Positions 13,301 through 24,800 of a stretch of 64,000 nucleotides of DNA are shown here, piece after piece. Position 1 is the stretch's first letter. Every line of letters starts with the position of its first letter. Made by a program: the position numbers and the translations under genes. Below the pieces are notes generated by a model, which ran no database searches, was not told the origin of the DNA, and saw nothing but the letters and a program-made list of their open reading frames with translations. Source of the DNA: Leptogorgia sarmentosa (lineage: Eukaryota); the NCBI GenBank assembly GCA_964658305.1, contig OZ210885.1, positions 15,934,001-15,998,000 on the forward strand, written 5' to 3'.

Positions 13301-16300
13301 CAATACTTGAGTAGAATTCAACAGATTAACACTGTTCTCATGACAGACGGCAAAGCATCTGCTAATGTGAGTTGTTTTTTTAATGTGTGTTGTTTAAAAT
13401 CTAGCAGTTCACAGTAACACATTGTTTAAAATCCAGCAGTTTGAAGGTTGCCTGTTGTCATTTAGGTAAATTAATTCTTTTTTTTTTAAGTTGGTGAATC
13501 ATATGAATAAATATGGTATTTGCCTGAGTCATTCAAACAAGTACAATGTGCTTGATGATATTGGCAGTAATTTTTTGGATCGTGCTGTTGAGCTGGTCAA
13601 AGCCGGAAAAAAGTTTGTCTATGTTGTGGATAATATAGACTGGGAAGAAAAGGTCCATGACATGAGATCCAGTCACCAGAACAAAAGTGTTCATGCAGTT
13701 GCCACCAGCATGGTCTTCAGCCGGGTCTCAAGTCACCACTTGCCGGATGATGGTCCACAAAACAATGTAAAAACATTTGAATTTAAAAAACTAGTTCACA
13801 TGAGCCCTGAAGCAGTGAGCAAGATTAAGGATCGTTATAGAGTCCTTGTAGCCAAGATCCTTCTGGAAAAGTTTCAGATGTTTGCCAATGCAAGAACCTA
13901 TTTATCAGTCACAACAGAATGTGAGTATGCTGATTTGACTGGTGAAAAGTCAGAGATCATCACACTTCCAGTTCTAATGAAGGACGAAAAAAAGTACGGT
14001 GATTGTGTGGATATCCTTGACCAGTTAGAACAGTGGACTCAAGATATATATGAAGCAAGTGGACTTTGTGAAAAGAATACTTCACCCTCTGCTCCCACAT
14101 CATCAACTGGATGCCACTCACATCCTGACCAACCTGGATCCCATGTTCCACCAGCTGCCTTCGAGGATGATCCTTTGAAAGGCATAAAGGTTCCATGTTT
14201 TGGTGAGGAGTTGACCAGAGTGCGGTTTGCTGGTGCCAGAGATCTGCGTGCTGGTTGTCACAATGCAAAACAACGCCTTGACCACTTGTACCCTTACCGA
14301 ATTGTTGGTTGGCATACAAAGAGAAGTTACTTAAAGGTATGGCAGCAGTAATTTTCCTCTAACTTAGGTTCTGTTTACACAATCCTGCATACCCAAGAAG
14401 CAGTGAGGCACACAAGCATATTTGACAATACGCCAACTTGAAAGGTGTATGTAAACAACCATTATATATTTAACAATTATACCATGAGCTCGAGTCGTAT
14501 ATGAGCTGATAGCCGACGAGGCGCAGCCGAGTTGGCTATCAGCCATATACGACGAGAGCGAATGGTATAATTGTTTTATTATATAGACAAAAGACGAACA
14601 TTATAAAATTTATTAAAATCATTCATTTGAGGGAAACGCTCAGCCATTTTCAGCCATTTTGTTTTAAGCTCACTTGAGTGAGATAATTAATTCGTCCTAC
14701 TCACTATATATGAAGTAATAGCTAGTGAGTAGCTCAGCCAATCAGATTACAGAATATCTCATATATAGTGCTTGTCTATATAATAAATATATATATATCA
14801 CTGCTTTTATGTTCATAAGGTCCTACAATTTGACAAACTTGCTCTAGCTGATAAACTGTCTGTTTTGTGTCAGATTACTTTGAAATATTCACTTTGTACT
14901 TTTCTATGTCTTCTAGTCCATATTCAAACGGCTTTACAAAAATTCAGGTTGAGAGGAGGGTACCTTGAGATATTTTCGGGAAGCTCTTAATAGGCGTAAT
15001 GTAACTCTTGATGTAAAACATTTTGAGGACTGTGAGCAATTGTTCTTAAGTGTTGGTCGCTGCTACCTTGTTGAAGCTCTTCTAGACTTTTTTGGCATGG
15101 AGAGTGTCGATGGAACACCAAAAAGAAATGACCCATTTCCTTCCAATGCTGCTGCTACCTGTGAAGAAAAGAAGATCCACCTAGAAGCAACACTAGGAAG
15201 ATTTGTTGCCCAATATATTTTAGAAGAGACATTATTAGATGATGATGATTGTCTGGATGATGATGTGGTTGATCCTGAAGATGAAGATGGTGTGATGAAT
15301 TACTCCATAAACCTCCTGAAGTCATTCATGATCTTGATGGATTACAAAGATGCTGTAGCAAGTGGAAATGGAGAACATCTGGCATTACTTCACAAACAGA
15401 TGATTCCCTATTTCTTTTCAGTGTCATATAATGCCTATGCAATTGAAATGTTAGTGAGTACCATGCAGAATGAAGTGACATTATCGCCTGCAGAAGCTCA
15501 TCATTGTAAATGGGCAGCATTGGCCAATTGGAAGGGTGGACAGAACAAAAATATCGAAATTGACCTTTTGCAAGAGAACAGAAATAGGGATCTGAAAGGG
15601 CTAATAAAGTCAATGGGAGCAAATAAAACGGAGAAAGCTATCCAGAGAGTCAGTAAAGCTGCTGGAGGAGTGAGGAAGATTGTTGACACTTTTGAACACT
15701 TTTTTCCACCGTTTAAGCTAAACGCCTTTGATACAACCGGGCCCAGCATATAGCTGTTGATAAAGGATAGAACAAATTTTAAAGTTATATTCGTGATAAA
15801 TATATGGCATTGTGCTGAAACATAACTGTTGTAATTAACAAATTTTAAATCACTAAGAAACCTACTTGTTGCAAATCGTACATTTGCAGTGCAATAAACA
15901 ATAACTACAGCAAGTGTGTCCTGGAATAACTGATTTTAAATACTTGTCTTCAGCATCCATGGATACCAACAAGAATCTTCTTAGACATCCATCATCCAAT
16001 TTGCAAAATGATCTCATGGTTTCTTGCATGCCAGCTTTATTTTTAGCTATGTCCCTGTTACTATAATAGAGAATGGCAGATGCTGGTTTTCCATCTCGTC
16101 CTGCACAACCAGTTTCCTGCGAGTATGCCTGAATCTTATGTGGGGGAGTGATGTGAATAACACGTCTGATCTCCTTGATGTCAACACCCATTCCCAATGC
16201 AACTGTTGCAAATATGACCCGAATCACACTTTGTTCAGAACATAGCTGCTTCAGTATTTCATCCTTCATTTCACTTGTTTGTGGGGAGTGAAATTGCCCA

Positions 16301-18418
16301 AACAGTCGATTTCGTGGGATTGGCAGTGATCCTTCAGGATAATATTGATTGCGGCCCAATGTTGACTCAAAAAGTTTATATGCAAACCCACACCATTTTA
16401 GTGGTAGGTAAACAATAGTCAAAGGAAAATTTGCCTTTTCTTTATGCAATTGCTGTGCCATAGTAGAAAAAAGTTCCGTCAAAAAGTCAATGTCCTCACC
16501 AATTCGCTTCTGCTTATAGTAAGTTATGTTTTGACGATCAGGATTACCAACAATTTCAGCACATTCCTTCAGGCCCAATGAACATTTAATTTCCTTCCTG
16601 TCGCTTTTGCTTGCAGTGGCTGTCATTGCAATCACTGGTGAACTTGCAAATGTGGCACAAACAACTGCCAAATTGCCATAGTCAGTTCGGAAGTCCTGAC
16701 CCCTATTTAAACATAATCAAATATAATACAATCATTTACATTTTAAGGCTTTTGATTGTAATATCATTATATTATATTAATACTTCAAAATGTAAATAAA
16801 AGCGTTTGTTTGCATTACCGAGTTTATATGCCCTTTATATTCCCTTTGCCATTTATATACCCTTTGTATTCTAAAGGGTAATAATGTATTGATACCCAAG
16901 ATCCACACTTACCATTCTAAAATACAATGAGCTTCATCAATTACTACAACACAAACATTCTCCTGATAAGGTTTTGACTGCATCAACTTTCGGCCATATG
17001 TACTCGATACTAGAAACTCGGGATGCGCAAACACGATATTATAGTCTCCTTTTTCAAACTTTTCTTTGTCACCTAACTGAAAATCGCAAAAATCTTCCGT
17101 TTCATCTTCAGAATGAGCGTCTCCTGCTTCATCACCTTCGCTTATAAAATCACGAGACGATGACGACGTTGAACACTTTACATCAAGTGCAGCAGCTTCA
17201 ATTCCGTGTAAACTCAACCGATTGATCTGGTTTTTTATAAGTGCATTCAAAGGCGACACAACAATTACAATTGAAGTAATTTTAGCAGCAAGATTAAGAA
17301 CACCACTCTTCTTAGCAAACAGTAGTGCGGGTGTTAAATAAAATACCAATGATTTTCCGTATCCAGTGGGCAACACCGCGAGAGTATCCCGCTGGAGAAA
17401 GATATTTACCTCGGGGAGCGAGGACCAAGACCCTGGGTACGAGGATGGTAATGAGGCGTAGGAAGACATGACTGAATACGAACAACAGAAATTTTAGCGA
17501 GTGAGAACAAAAAAAATCATTTGGAGGCGATTACGGCCACGGCGCCCAGTGTGAAAATGCTGTACAAATATGAGAAACTACGGTATCAGAAGCAAAACGA
17601 GCGCCTCACCGGTTCTGCTGGAACGGCAGGCTGCTCTGCAGCATCTTGCGGTGGCGGCTGAACCTCTGCGTGTGGCTCACCGACAGGAACGGCAGGAATA
17701 CCCTCGAGTGGTGGAGCGTGCGGTGGCGGGACATCAATCGGTGCTTGTCTGCTAGCCATAACTTCGAGGTTAGTCTTTCGTTTCTCTCTCTGTTTGGATC
17801 ACGAGAGGCGATGCGCTGTAGGCCAACAGTGTCGTCGAAATGTTCGTACGTTTTCCCTTTCCTTGGTCCTGTGGAGCGTGCCTTCTCCACGCACTAGCTT
17901 GGTAAGATGAAATCTAGCTTACTGTCTGCCTATATAACGTCGCCCACGAACCCGTGGTTTTGAGCCATTCCCTTATCCCTTCCGCTTCCGGTACAGTTTT
18001 TCTTATTTTCATGGCTAATGAGAATATACATATGTAATGTGAGTCCTTGGGATACAGAGCAGTCAACCTCTGCTCATTGCTCTGGCTGGGTGTGTATATA
18101 AATGATGGGATTATGAGAATACAAAGTCAAACTATCAATTTTTCGTATCACATAGAAATATTACAATGAAATTTAAACAGCACTTACGTTGCCCAATTCA
18201 TTGCCCATAGATGTGCTTGGTCTTGAAGTTGAAGCATGGCTTGAAGTTGATTCATCCTTACAGCGGTCGCGTAAACGGATTCGGTCACCAATCGTCGTAA
18301 CACCTAGACGCACAAGCTCATCATCGTTTAGACTTATGATGTTTTCTGGTCGAATTCTTTCTTCAACGAACCTTTGACTTAACGACTGAAGATTGAGTTC
18401 TTTCAAAATGTTTTCCAT
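4319..18418 (-). CDS. Multi-exon SAM + HECT E3 ubiquitin-ligase gene (cargo of IS3EU-like unit 1); the first intron (7041-18187) is filled with nested TEs; probably degraded
   Basis: The SAM-like exon 18188-18418 (LNDDELVRLGVTTIGDRIRL) ends at AAC|GTAAGT in phase 0. The acceptor TTGTCAG sits immediately before ATG at 7040, also phase 0. Downstream exons carry HECT motifs LEVQFYGE|..AEDYGGPRKEFF and VLQFATATDEEPPLGF...PLANTCSNCLMLP (catalytic Cys). Confidence 0.75.
7292..7822 (-). pseudogene. Tyrosine recombinase C-terminal half (DIRS-type)
   Basis: GKTLRG, CPV, TPHSFRTG (HxxR) and YVGWKS..SARHY (catalytic Tyr) motifs. The N-terminal part is cut off at the LTR insertion near 7843. Confidence 0.85.
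7843..8161 (+). repeat. Probable 5' LTR of a BEL/Pao retrotransposon
   Basis: Begins TGTTG at the point where the YR ORF breaks and ends TACA. It is followed by AAAGGTT (PBS-like) and then a gag-like ORF. Confidence 0.5.
8275..9405 (+). pseudogene. BEL/Pao-type gag N-terminal region, truncated by piggyBac
   Basis: Coiled-coil ORF with LKHSRRGYLGSLTRICNQIDVLL, then a Ser-rich and a charged coiled-coil segment. It is frameshifted near 9020-9140 and ends at the piggyBac TTAA. Confidence 0.55.
9410..11880 (-). mobile_element. piggyBac DNA transposon (only one terminus identified)
   Basis: TTAA at 9406-9409 is followed by CCCTTTGAAC, a piggyBac-type terminus, and a piggyBac transposase lies inside. 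No matching AAAGGG-TTAA end was found. Confidence 0.75.
9570..11428 (-). pseudogene. piggyBac (PGBD4-like) transposase with one frameshift near 10238
   Basis: DDD triad LSLDEGM / VFTDRFYTS / YNNYMGGTDRND, the MPRDRF and KP.CWGIK motifs, and a C-terminal Cys-rich domain CRVC...CRYC..LC...CW..WH. Confidence 0.92.
12244..15753 (+). pseudogene. Academ transposase, about 4 exons (~12244-12727, ~13009-13366, 13491-14335, ~14918-15753)
   Basis: N-terminal CxxC...CxxC, VVDNIDW, GEELTRVR...GWH, NYSINLL...DAVASGNG, YNAYAIE and NIEIDLLQENRN motifs, with GT-AG introns. There are in-frame stops near 12655 and 14950, and the C-terminus looks truncated. Confidence 0.75.
14469..14787. mobile_element. Short non-autonomous element with a large 5' palindrome and internal inverted repeats, in an Academ intron
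   Basis: AACAATTATACCA...TGGTATAATTGTT hairpin (14472-14575) and inverted pair TTTATTATATAGACAA / TTGTCTATATAATAAA. A near-identical partial copy lies at 59401-59670. Confidence 0.75.
15862..17404 (-). pseudogene. RecQ-like SF2 DNA helicase (AcademH cargo), intron 16703-16912, N-terminus missing
   Basis: LPTGYGKS (Walker A), VVSPLNALI, AHPE, DEAHCILEW|GQDFR, MTATA, FATVALGMGVD, QETGCAGRDG and a C-terminal Cys cluster CLRR...CCSYC. Confidence 0.9.
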
Positions 18419-18534
18419 TTTGTCCGTCTAAAACACGCAGTGCTTCCACTTTATTAAGACTAAATTCTCACTTGCTCCCAAACTTCCTTGCATCAGGGGC
18501 ATGTACCGTGAGAAATAACCCTGTCATGTGAGAA

Positions 18535-18690
18535 ACTACATAAAGAAATAACCACATAAAGAAATAACAAAACATAAAGAAGTAACCACATAAAGAAATA
18601 ACCACATAAAGAAGTAACCACATAAAGAAATAACAAAACATAAAGAAATAACCACATAAAGAAGTAACCACATAAAGAAATAACTACATA
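18535..18690. repeat. 16-bp tandem repeat ACCACATAAAGAA(A/G)TA, about 10 copies
   Basis: Directly visible just upstream of the SAM-HECT start. It is plausibly the subterminal array of IS3EU-like unit 1. Confidence 0.9.
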
Positions 18691-21600
18691 TAGACATAAT
18701 CCCCCATCATACTGAAAAGATCTCGAAACGTCATAGTAGAACCACATGAGAAAATGTTGTAATCTCACACCATAGTAATATCTTGTCATTGCATAATGAT
18801 GAGACCTAACGACATAACGTTAAAACTAGACAATATAATATCATGATTCCAATGCGTCATGACAGAACATCAGCATCGAAACATAAAAGAGCACATAAGA
18901 AAGCTACGGCTTTCCATATTATTAGGCATTAAAGTGTGTATTTGTTCTGTTCATTTTTGAAATTGTGGATTCAAGACTAACCCCTCCCCCTTTTGCAGAA
19001 CATTTAAAAAAAACATTGAAATGGTCCACGATGGGGTGGGGTGTTGAAAGAATCATGCAACAACTCCCTGTTTCAAAATCTACTTGTCGACGATCCTTAT
19101 ATAATGTTTTTGAAATCTATAGTTGTGATAGTCCTGTGCAAGTTCCAATAACTGACTATATGCATTCAGAAGAAAGTGAAGGAGAACAAGGTAACTCAAT
19201 TGTTACAATGTGTGCTGAAAATTTAAAACATTCATGTGCAGCTATACATTGAAAGCATTTTGTTGAGCATCATATTCTCTGAATTTTTTTTGTGCAGAAA
19301 ATCTTGATCAAGCTTTGCAGAATATATTTCCAAATCTTGAACATGCTGTATTGAGTGCAGCTTGTACGGAAGCAAATGAAGATATCAATAAAGCTGTTGA
19401 CATTGTTTTAACAAAAAGTGAATATTTCAGGATCTATAAGTTGAGTTGAAGATACAAATCTTCAATGGCAACAAATTTTTAGAATAATTCTATTACTAAT
19501 AATAATTATTTATTGAACACACTACACTACTGTAACTTTAGAGCTAGGCAGAAAAGAGTTGGAGCACCTTTTTGCCAGCTGCCAAAATCCACCCTATATG
19601 AGAATGGTCTCATCCTGAGTAAATACACCTTATTCTTACTCTTGAGTATTTTTTTTGGAAAACCAACTTCTTATTCTTTATTGGTCCTTTAGAGACAAAT
19701 GCTTTCCGGGAACAAGAGGAACAAGACAATCAAACTAGTGTTTCACACAACATAAGTACATACTTTAAATTATATAGTTTTTATATAGGAAATAATTACA
19801 GTGAATTAATCATTGGGTTGTTTTTAGTATCAGTTGATAGTGATGATAGCAGTGGAGATGAGGAATTATTGAATAGGCCATTGGCATCAATTCTATTCAA
19901 ATCCCAAAATAATGAAAAAAATGGTAAGCAACAAAAGTGAGCAGAAGAAAATTGACATTTATGCAAATGAAATATTGTAATGAAGTATTGTAAATTGTAA
20001 TAGTTTATCACTTTGAAATAAATAAAATTACATATTAATTATTAGTGACTTAATTAATTTGGAAGTCATTCTAATTCATTTCAGACATTCCATCTATTAT
20101 CAAACATCTTGGAAAAAAGCTGAATGGGCCTTTTTTGAGAGTTACAACTGATGGCGATCGCTTACCCTCTGATGCTCTTGCCATATACCAAAGATTCTGG
20201 GTGTGATGCATCTCGTCCTTTGAGGATAATGTTTTCTAACCAGCCAGCAATTGACACGGGGTGTTTGTAGGGAGTTTTTCGATAAGATGTATGCAAAGTT
20301 GGAGAATGGGGATGATGATGGTCTTAGGCTGTTTGAAGGGCCTCCTAAAAGACTTTTACCAACATATAGTAGCTGAATTGTTTTCTCTGGCATCATAGAG
20401 GCCATTGGAAAAATGATCGCAAACTCTGTTTCCCAATGTGGATTAGGTTTATCTAGGCTTTCACCAGTGTGTTACTGGTACATTGTATATGGTGACATCA
20501 GAAAGGCAATCTCATTTGCCGAACTGTCTGATATGCATGATCCAGAGATTGCAGCATATCTACACAAGGTGAATATAGAAAACTAGGGATCCAAGGATAG
20601 TGCAAAGTTTCAGAAAGCACGTAATAGAGTGGAGTAATATCAAATTTTGAAACTGAGACACAGAAAAACCGTTGTTGATAGCTTTGCAATTGTTGAAATG
20701 ATGTTGTATTTTTTATATATTATGACATTAGTATAATTTATTTCATGATAACGGAACGAGTATATATAAAATGATTTATTTCCCCATATGTTCAGTGACA
20801 AGACTCAATTATGGTATGTACTAGCTGTTGTCTTTCTTAGTACCTAGTTATAATTATTGACATCAGAACCAACGATTTACAGAGTATGGTATGCATCAGT
20901 GTGTTCTTGATTAAGTTAGCAATGTTCTTTACGACGGTAATGATATGCATGTCTGGTTTTGCATGAATTTCATAAGTATTGACATCATGCATCTTTGGAA
21001 AGAATCATCCTTCTTTGCCCATGTCTTCAAAAATCTCAGAAGTTTTCATTGTATAGTCATCTTCGGGAAGTTAAGATCACAGACATATTTACGATCGTGG
21101 CGGTATAGTTCTCTTATGTAATCATTGGTGGCTGGCAGTTGACAGTTGAAGTACTGTACAGATGAAATACTGCATAATACGTATAGTCCAGTAGTGTCAT
21201 ATTCTTGTTTAATTCGGTGAGCCAAGCAGAGTTTGTAATTTTAAGTCATACAGCGCAGCCATAGGTTTCGGCCGTTTCGCGATCGCACCATTTTACTGGA
21301 TCTGAAATGAAAATGTACATTGACTTAGTTTAGTTATTTCCCATGATGGTTTTTTACTACAGATGGAATACTATACTAATAAGTAGTTCTTTTCGACTAA
21401 TTGATTAATTCCCATGAATATGGGTAAATCACAAGCCTACCTTATTAGTTCTCGCTTTCCTTTATAGAAAATCTCAATGAAAACGATGCATGGTTATGAT
21501 GTCACTATAAAATGATAAAAATTGAATTAATTTGAATCATGATCAAGTCCGGGAAACAGGAAGTTGAACAGAGAAAACTGAGACAAAATGAATGAAGTAA

Positions 21601-21842
21601 ACTTACCTTTTTGTCACCTTGAAGTCCCTTTGGGGAAATCTTCTTTTGTCCCTCGCAAGCAGGGACATCAACCCCTCGAGAAACAGGGGAGCAGGCGGCC
21701 ATATGCAATAAAATATATTTATGTTGGTCTATGTTGTGTGAAGATTATTATAACTGGCAGTCCTCATTGCAATTCATCCATAGCTTGATTTTCCTTAACT
21801 ATTTCAATGGCATTAATTGTTTATATGTTACAAAATTATACA

Positions 21843-24800
21843 TTACATAAGTGAGACAAAGATAGGCTTATGATCGCTGAAGTATGATTCTAAAACACCA
21901 CTGTTTTTCACTCTCTGAGGTATATTGGTGTAAATGTGATCAATTCGTGATTTATAATCGGTTGTCACTTGGCTAATAAGTTGTACATATTTCTTTCCTT
22001 CTATTAGGTATTTACAAAGTGTATTTTTGTCGGAAGCATTTTCATTTAGATTAACATTGAAGTCTCCAAGAATTATAACAGGAGTATTTGGATCATTTAA
22101 AAAAGTAGAATGCAAGTGTTTTAAGGCATCTATGAACCTTGAGATTTTCACTTTTGATGCAGAGCGATAAATTGCTACAATATGCAAATTATTTACCGGT
22201 TGGTTAGCCTTAAGTAACGTCATTTCAACATCATTGTAATTGCATCTTAATGGTTCTGAGATAAGTTGGACATCATTTTTTACATAAACAGCAGTTCCGT
22301 AAGGTGTTCTTGTACCATGTTGTGTGAAATCATTTCTGAATAATTGGAAGCCAGAAATTTTATATAATGCATTGTCATCGTTGCTACACAGAGCAGATTC
22401 TACAAACATATTAATATCAGCCGCTTTCACGTTGTAATCACTAGCAACATCAGCAACATGAAGATGTAATGATCTCACATTCTGAAACAGTATCTTGAAT
22501 GAACCACTTGTATCTTTATAAAGGAAAGGAATATGGCTGTTTAGTGTTGCTTCTTGTCTCAATCTTGTCATTTCTTCTTGTACTTTTTTGCTAACAGCAA
22601 TTTTATTTTCATTCATGTTCAGAATATGCAATCCCGAGATGCTTCTAAGTCTGCTAAGTGCAACATAATGCATATGTTCTCGTTTACATGATGGAAGGTC
22701 AACAACTGCTTCATTCAATGTATCTCCCTGACAACGATGAATAGTTTTAGCTGCAGATGGTCTCAAAGGAAATTGTCTGCGAAGAACTTGCATTTGGTGT
22801 CTTCTGAACTGCCTTGTGACCTCTAAAATTGGGACCCAATGTTTATCTATAGTTTGCTTGTAAAGATGAGAGTAGTCTTTGCAATAATGTTTCCCAATGT
22901 GTTCTTCTTGAAATAAAACCCAAATAATACTTGGTCTTGATGAGCCTGGTACTCGGTAATCAATTTTCTTGATAATACACTCAGCGCCATTAGTCATACC
23001 ATCAACAACCGACACGTTTGTCGTAAGATCATACTTTGCTTCTTTAAGTACAGAACAAGTTGAGTACAAGCCCATAGTTTTTGAAGGGTCGTTTGGTATT
23101 TGTTTTTTAAGTCTTTCTTTTAACTCATCAGAAAGATCTCCAAGAACAATATCAATTGCTTTTATCTGAACCTTCTCGTTTGTAGATTTGTCAAAAATGT
23201 CGTGATTATGTTCATCAACTGCCATATTAGTACTAAATAAGTGAGTTGAATTTATTGGATAATCAGGATGTTGTGGACTAAGCTTCAAAATTCTTTCTTT
23301 TAAAACTTCAATGTCAGCTTCGGTATGTTTTCCTTCTCGGATACGGTTTAATATTTCAGCAAAGTCTTTGTCTTCCCTTTGTCTCATTACTTCTGATAAT
23401 TCAAACATTTGGAAATACTGTTGCCAGAGATTAGTTGCTAACGCATTATACCCATCTTTTGAGTTTTCAAATATCCATTGATCAAAAACTGGTTTGAGTT
23501 GAAACAAGTCCCCAACCGTTATTATACTAAGACCGCCAAAAGGTTCTTTTGTTCCCATAATTTGTTGCAATCTTAAGTCAAGAAAATTAAACATCCCACT
23601 GCCTACCATTGATACCTCGTCAATAAACACAACTTGCATTCGCTGTAACTGACACCTAATTGTATTCAATCTGTCCCTATCAAGTGTGCAGTAATTGAAG
23701 CCTCTGTTTGCTGGAATCTTAAAGGCAGAATGAAGTGTATTTCCTCTTATGTTGAATGCAGCTTTGCCTGTTGGCGCTACTTTAACAACACTAACATCAT
23801 CGGGATTATTTTCTGGCTGAGCATTCAAGTATCTGATAAGAGCTTCATATAAAGCATTTGTGACAGTACTTTTGCCTACACCTGCACCTCCGCTTAAAAA
23901 CAGTCTTAATGGCAGCTTATCAGTCTTAACAGAGTTCAGTACATGGTAGAAAAACTCTTTTTGTTCGATATTGAGTGATTGCACAAGTTTTCTAAAATCA
24001 GTATCTTTCAATCTTTTCACTAGAAGTTCTTCGTCATCATTTGTTCTTGGATATATACCAATATCATTGATCAAGTCATATTCAGCATGTTGTTTATCTT
24101 TACCTGGATCAAAGCATCCAAATAATTCACTAGCTTTTGAGCCAATTTCTTTATCCTGTTCATCTCGATACTGTGCATTGGGAGCAACTACAGCACTAGA
24201 TACCTCACTTTCTATATCTTGTACTGCCTGATCAAGAGCTTCGATATGATACTCATATTGTTGTCTGTTTTGCTCTATCACATCTTTGAGAACTTCAAAC
24301 CGATCTTGGTAAGTCTGGGAGTCTTTTAGAAGATCTGTCGTTTCATTTCTCCAAGCAGTGTAAAGCATTATTTGTTCTCTGCAGAAATTTTCTGGATCTT
24401 TGTTTCTATTGAATCTAACTGATCGTATTATCCTGGGTTTTTGTCTCTTTATAAGTGTTATTCCTCCTTTCATTTGATATTCATCCTTATCAGTTGTTTG
24501 CTCCAAATCCGAAAGATCATCATCTAAATTATCATCTGCATTATTTTCTGCAAGATATACATTTGTCGAAGGTGAGTTTTGTTTAGCTTTCATCTGCTCA
24601 TTACGCTCAATTTTGCAGTTATACCATGCAACAAAATCTGCTAGGCATACATTTTCCAGTTGCTTTGGTCGTCGCTGATATCTTTTAATTATGTTGTCTG
24701 ACTCAATATCACACGAATTGTCGGGAAGTTCTTTAATCTTATCCATGCTTTTTAATAAGAATGTTCTTTCATCTGGATCGGATGTGTTGATAAATTGGAA

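Larger units (their letters stand above)
11891..17447. mobile_element. AcademH DNA transposon (transposase + convergent RecQ helicase)
   Basis: ~43-bp TIRs CATCCTCGTACCCAGGGTCTTGGTCCTC.CTCCCCGAGGTAAA and a perfect 9-bp TSD GTAATGAGG (11882-11890, 17448-17456). The gene content fits the AcademH lineage. Confidence 0.88.
7061..18027 (-). mobile_element. DIRS-like tyrosine-recombinase element relic with most of its interior replaced by younger insertions
   Basis: A YR fragment lies at 7292-7822. The ends are imperfect inverted repeats, GTATTCTCATTAACC (7061) and GGCTAATGAGAATA (~18013), each with an internal AGGGATAAG. A minus-strand TATATA lies near 17931 and a Pro-rich exon MASRQAPIDVPPP...AEP|GTGAG at ~17608-17759. 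Confidence 0.5.

Noticed and set aside
15862..17404. RecQ ORF as a host WRN/BLM/RECQL gene
   Set aside because: It lies within Academ TIRs and TSD and has only the helicase core and Zn-binding region.
18535..18690. Short tandem repeats (also 29115-29497 and 60165-61250) as CRISPR arrays
   Set aside because: The repeats are head-to-tail with no unique spacers, there are no cas genes, and the context is eukaryotic.
3027..18918. TATGGAA (3027) and TTCCATA (18912-18918) as the two termini of IS3EU-like unit 1
   Set aside because: The inverted match is only 7 bp and the flanking 6-mers differ (TACCCA versus TTATTA). The boundaries are left undefined.
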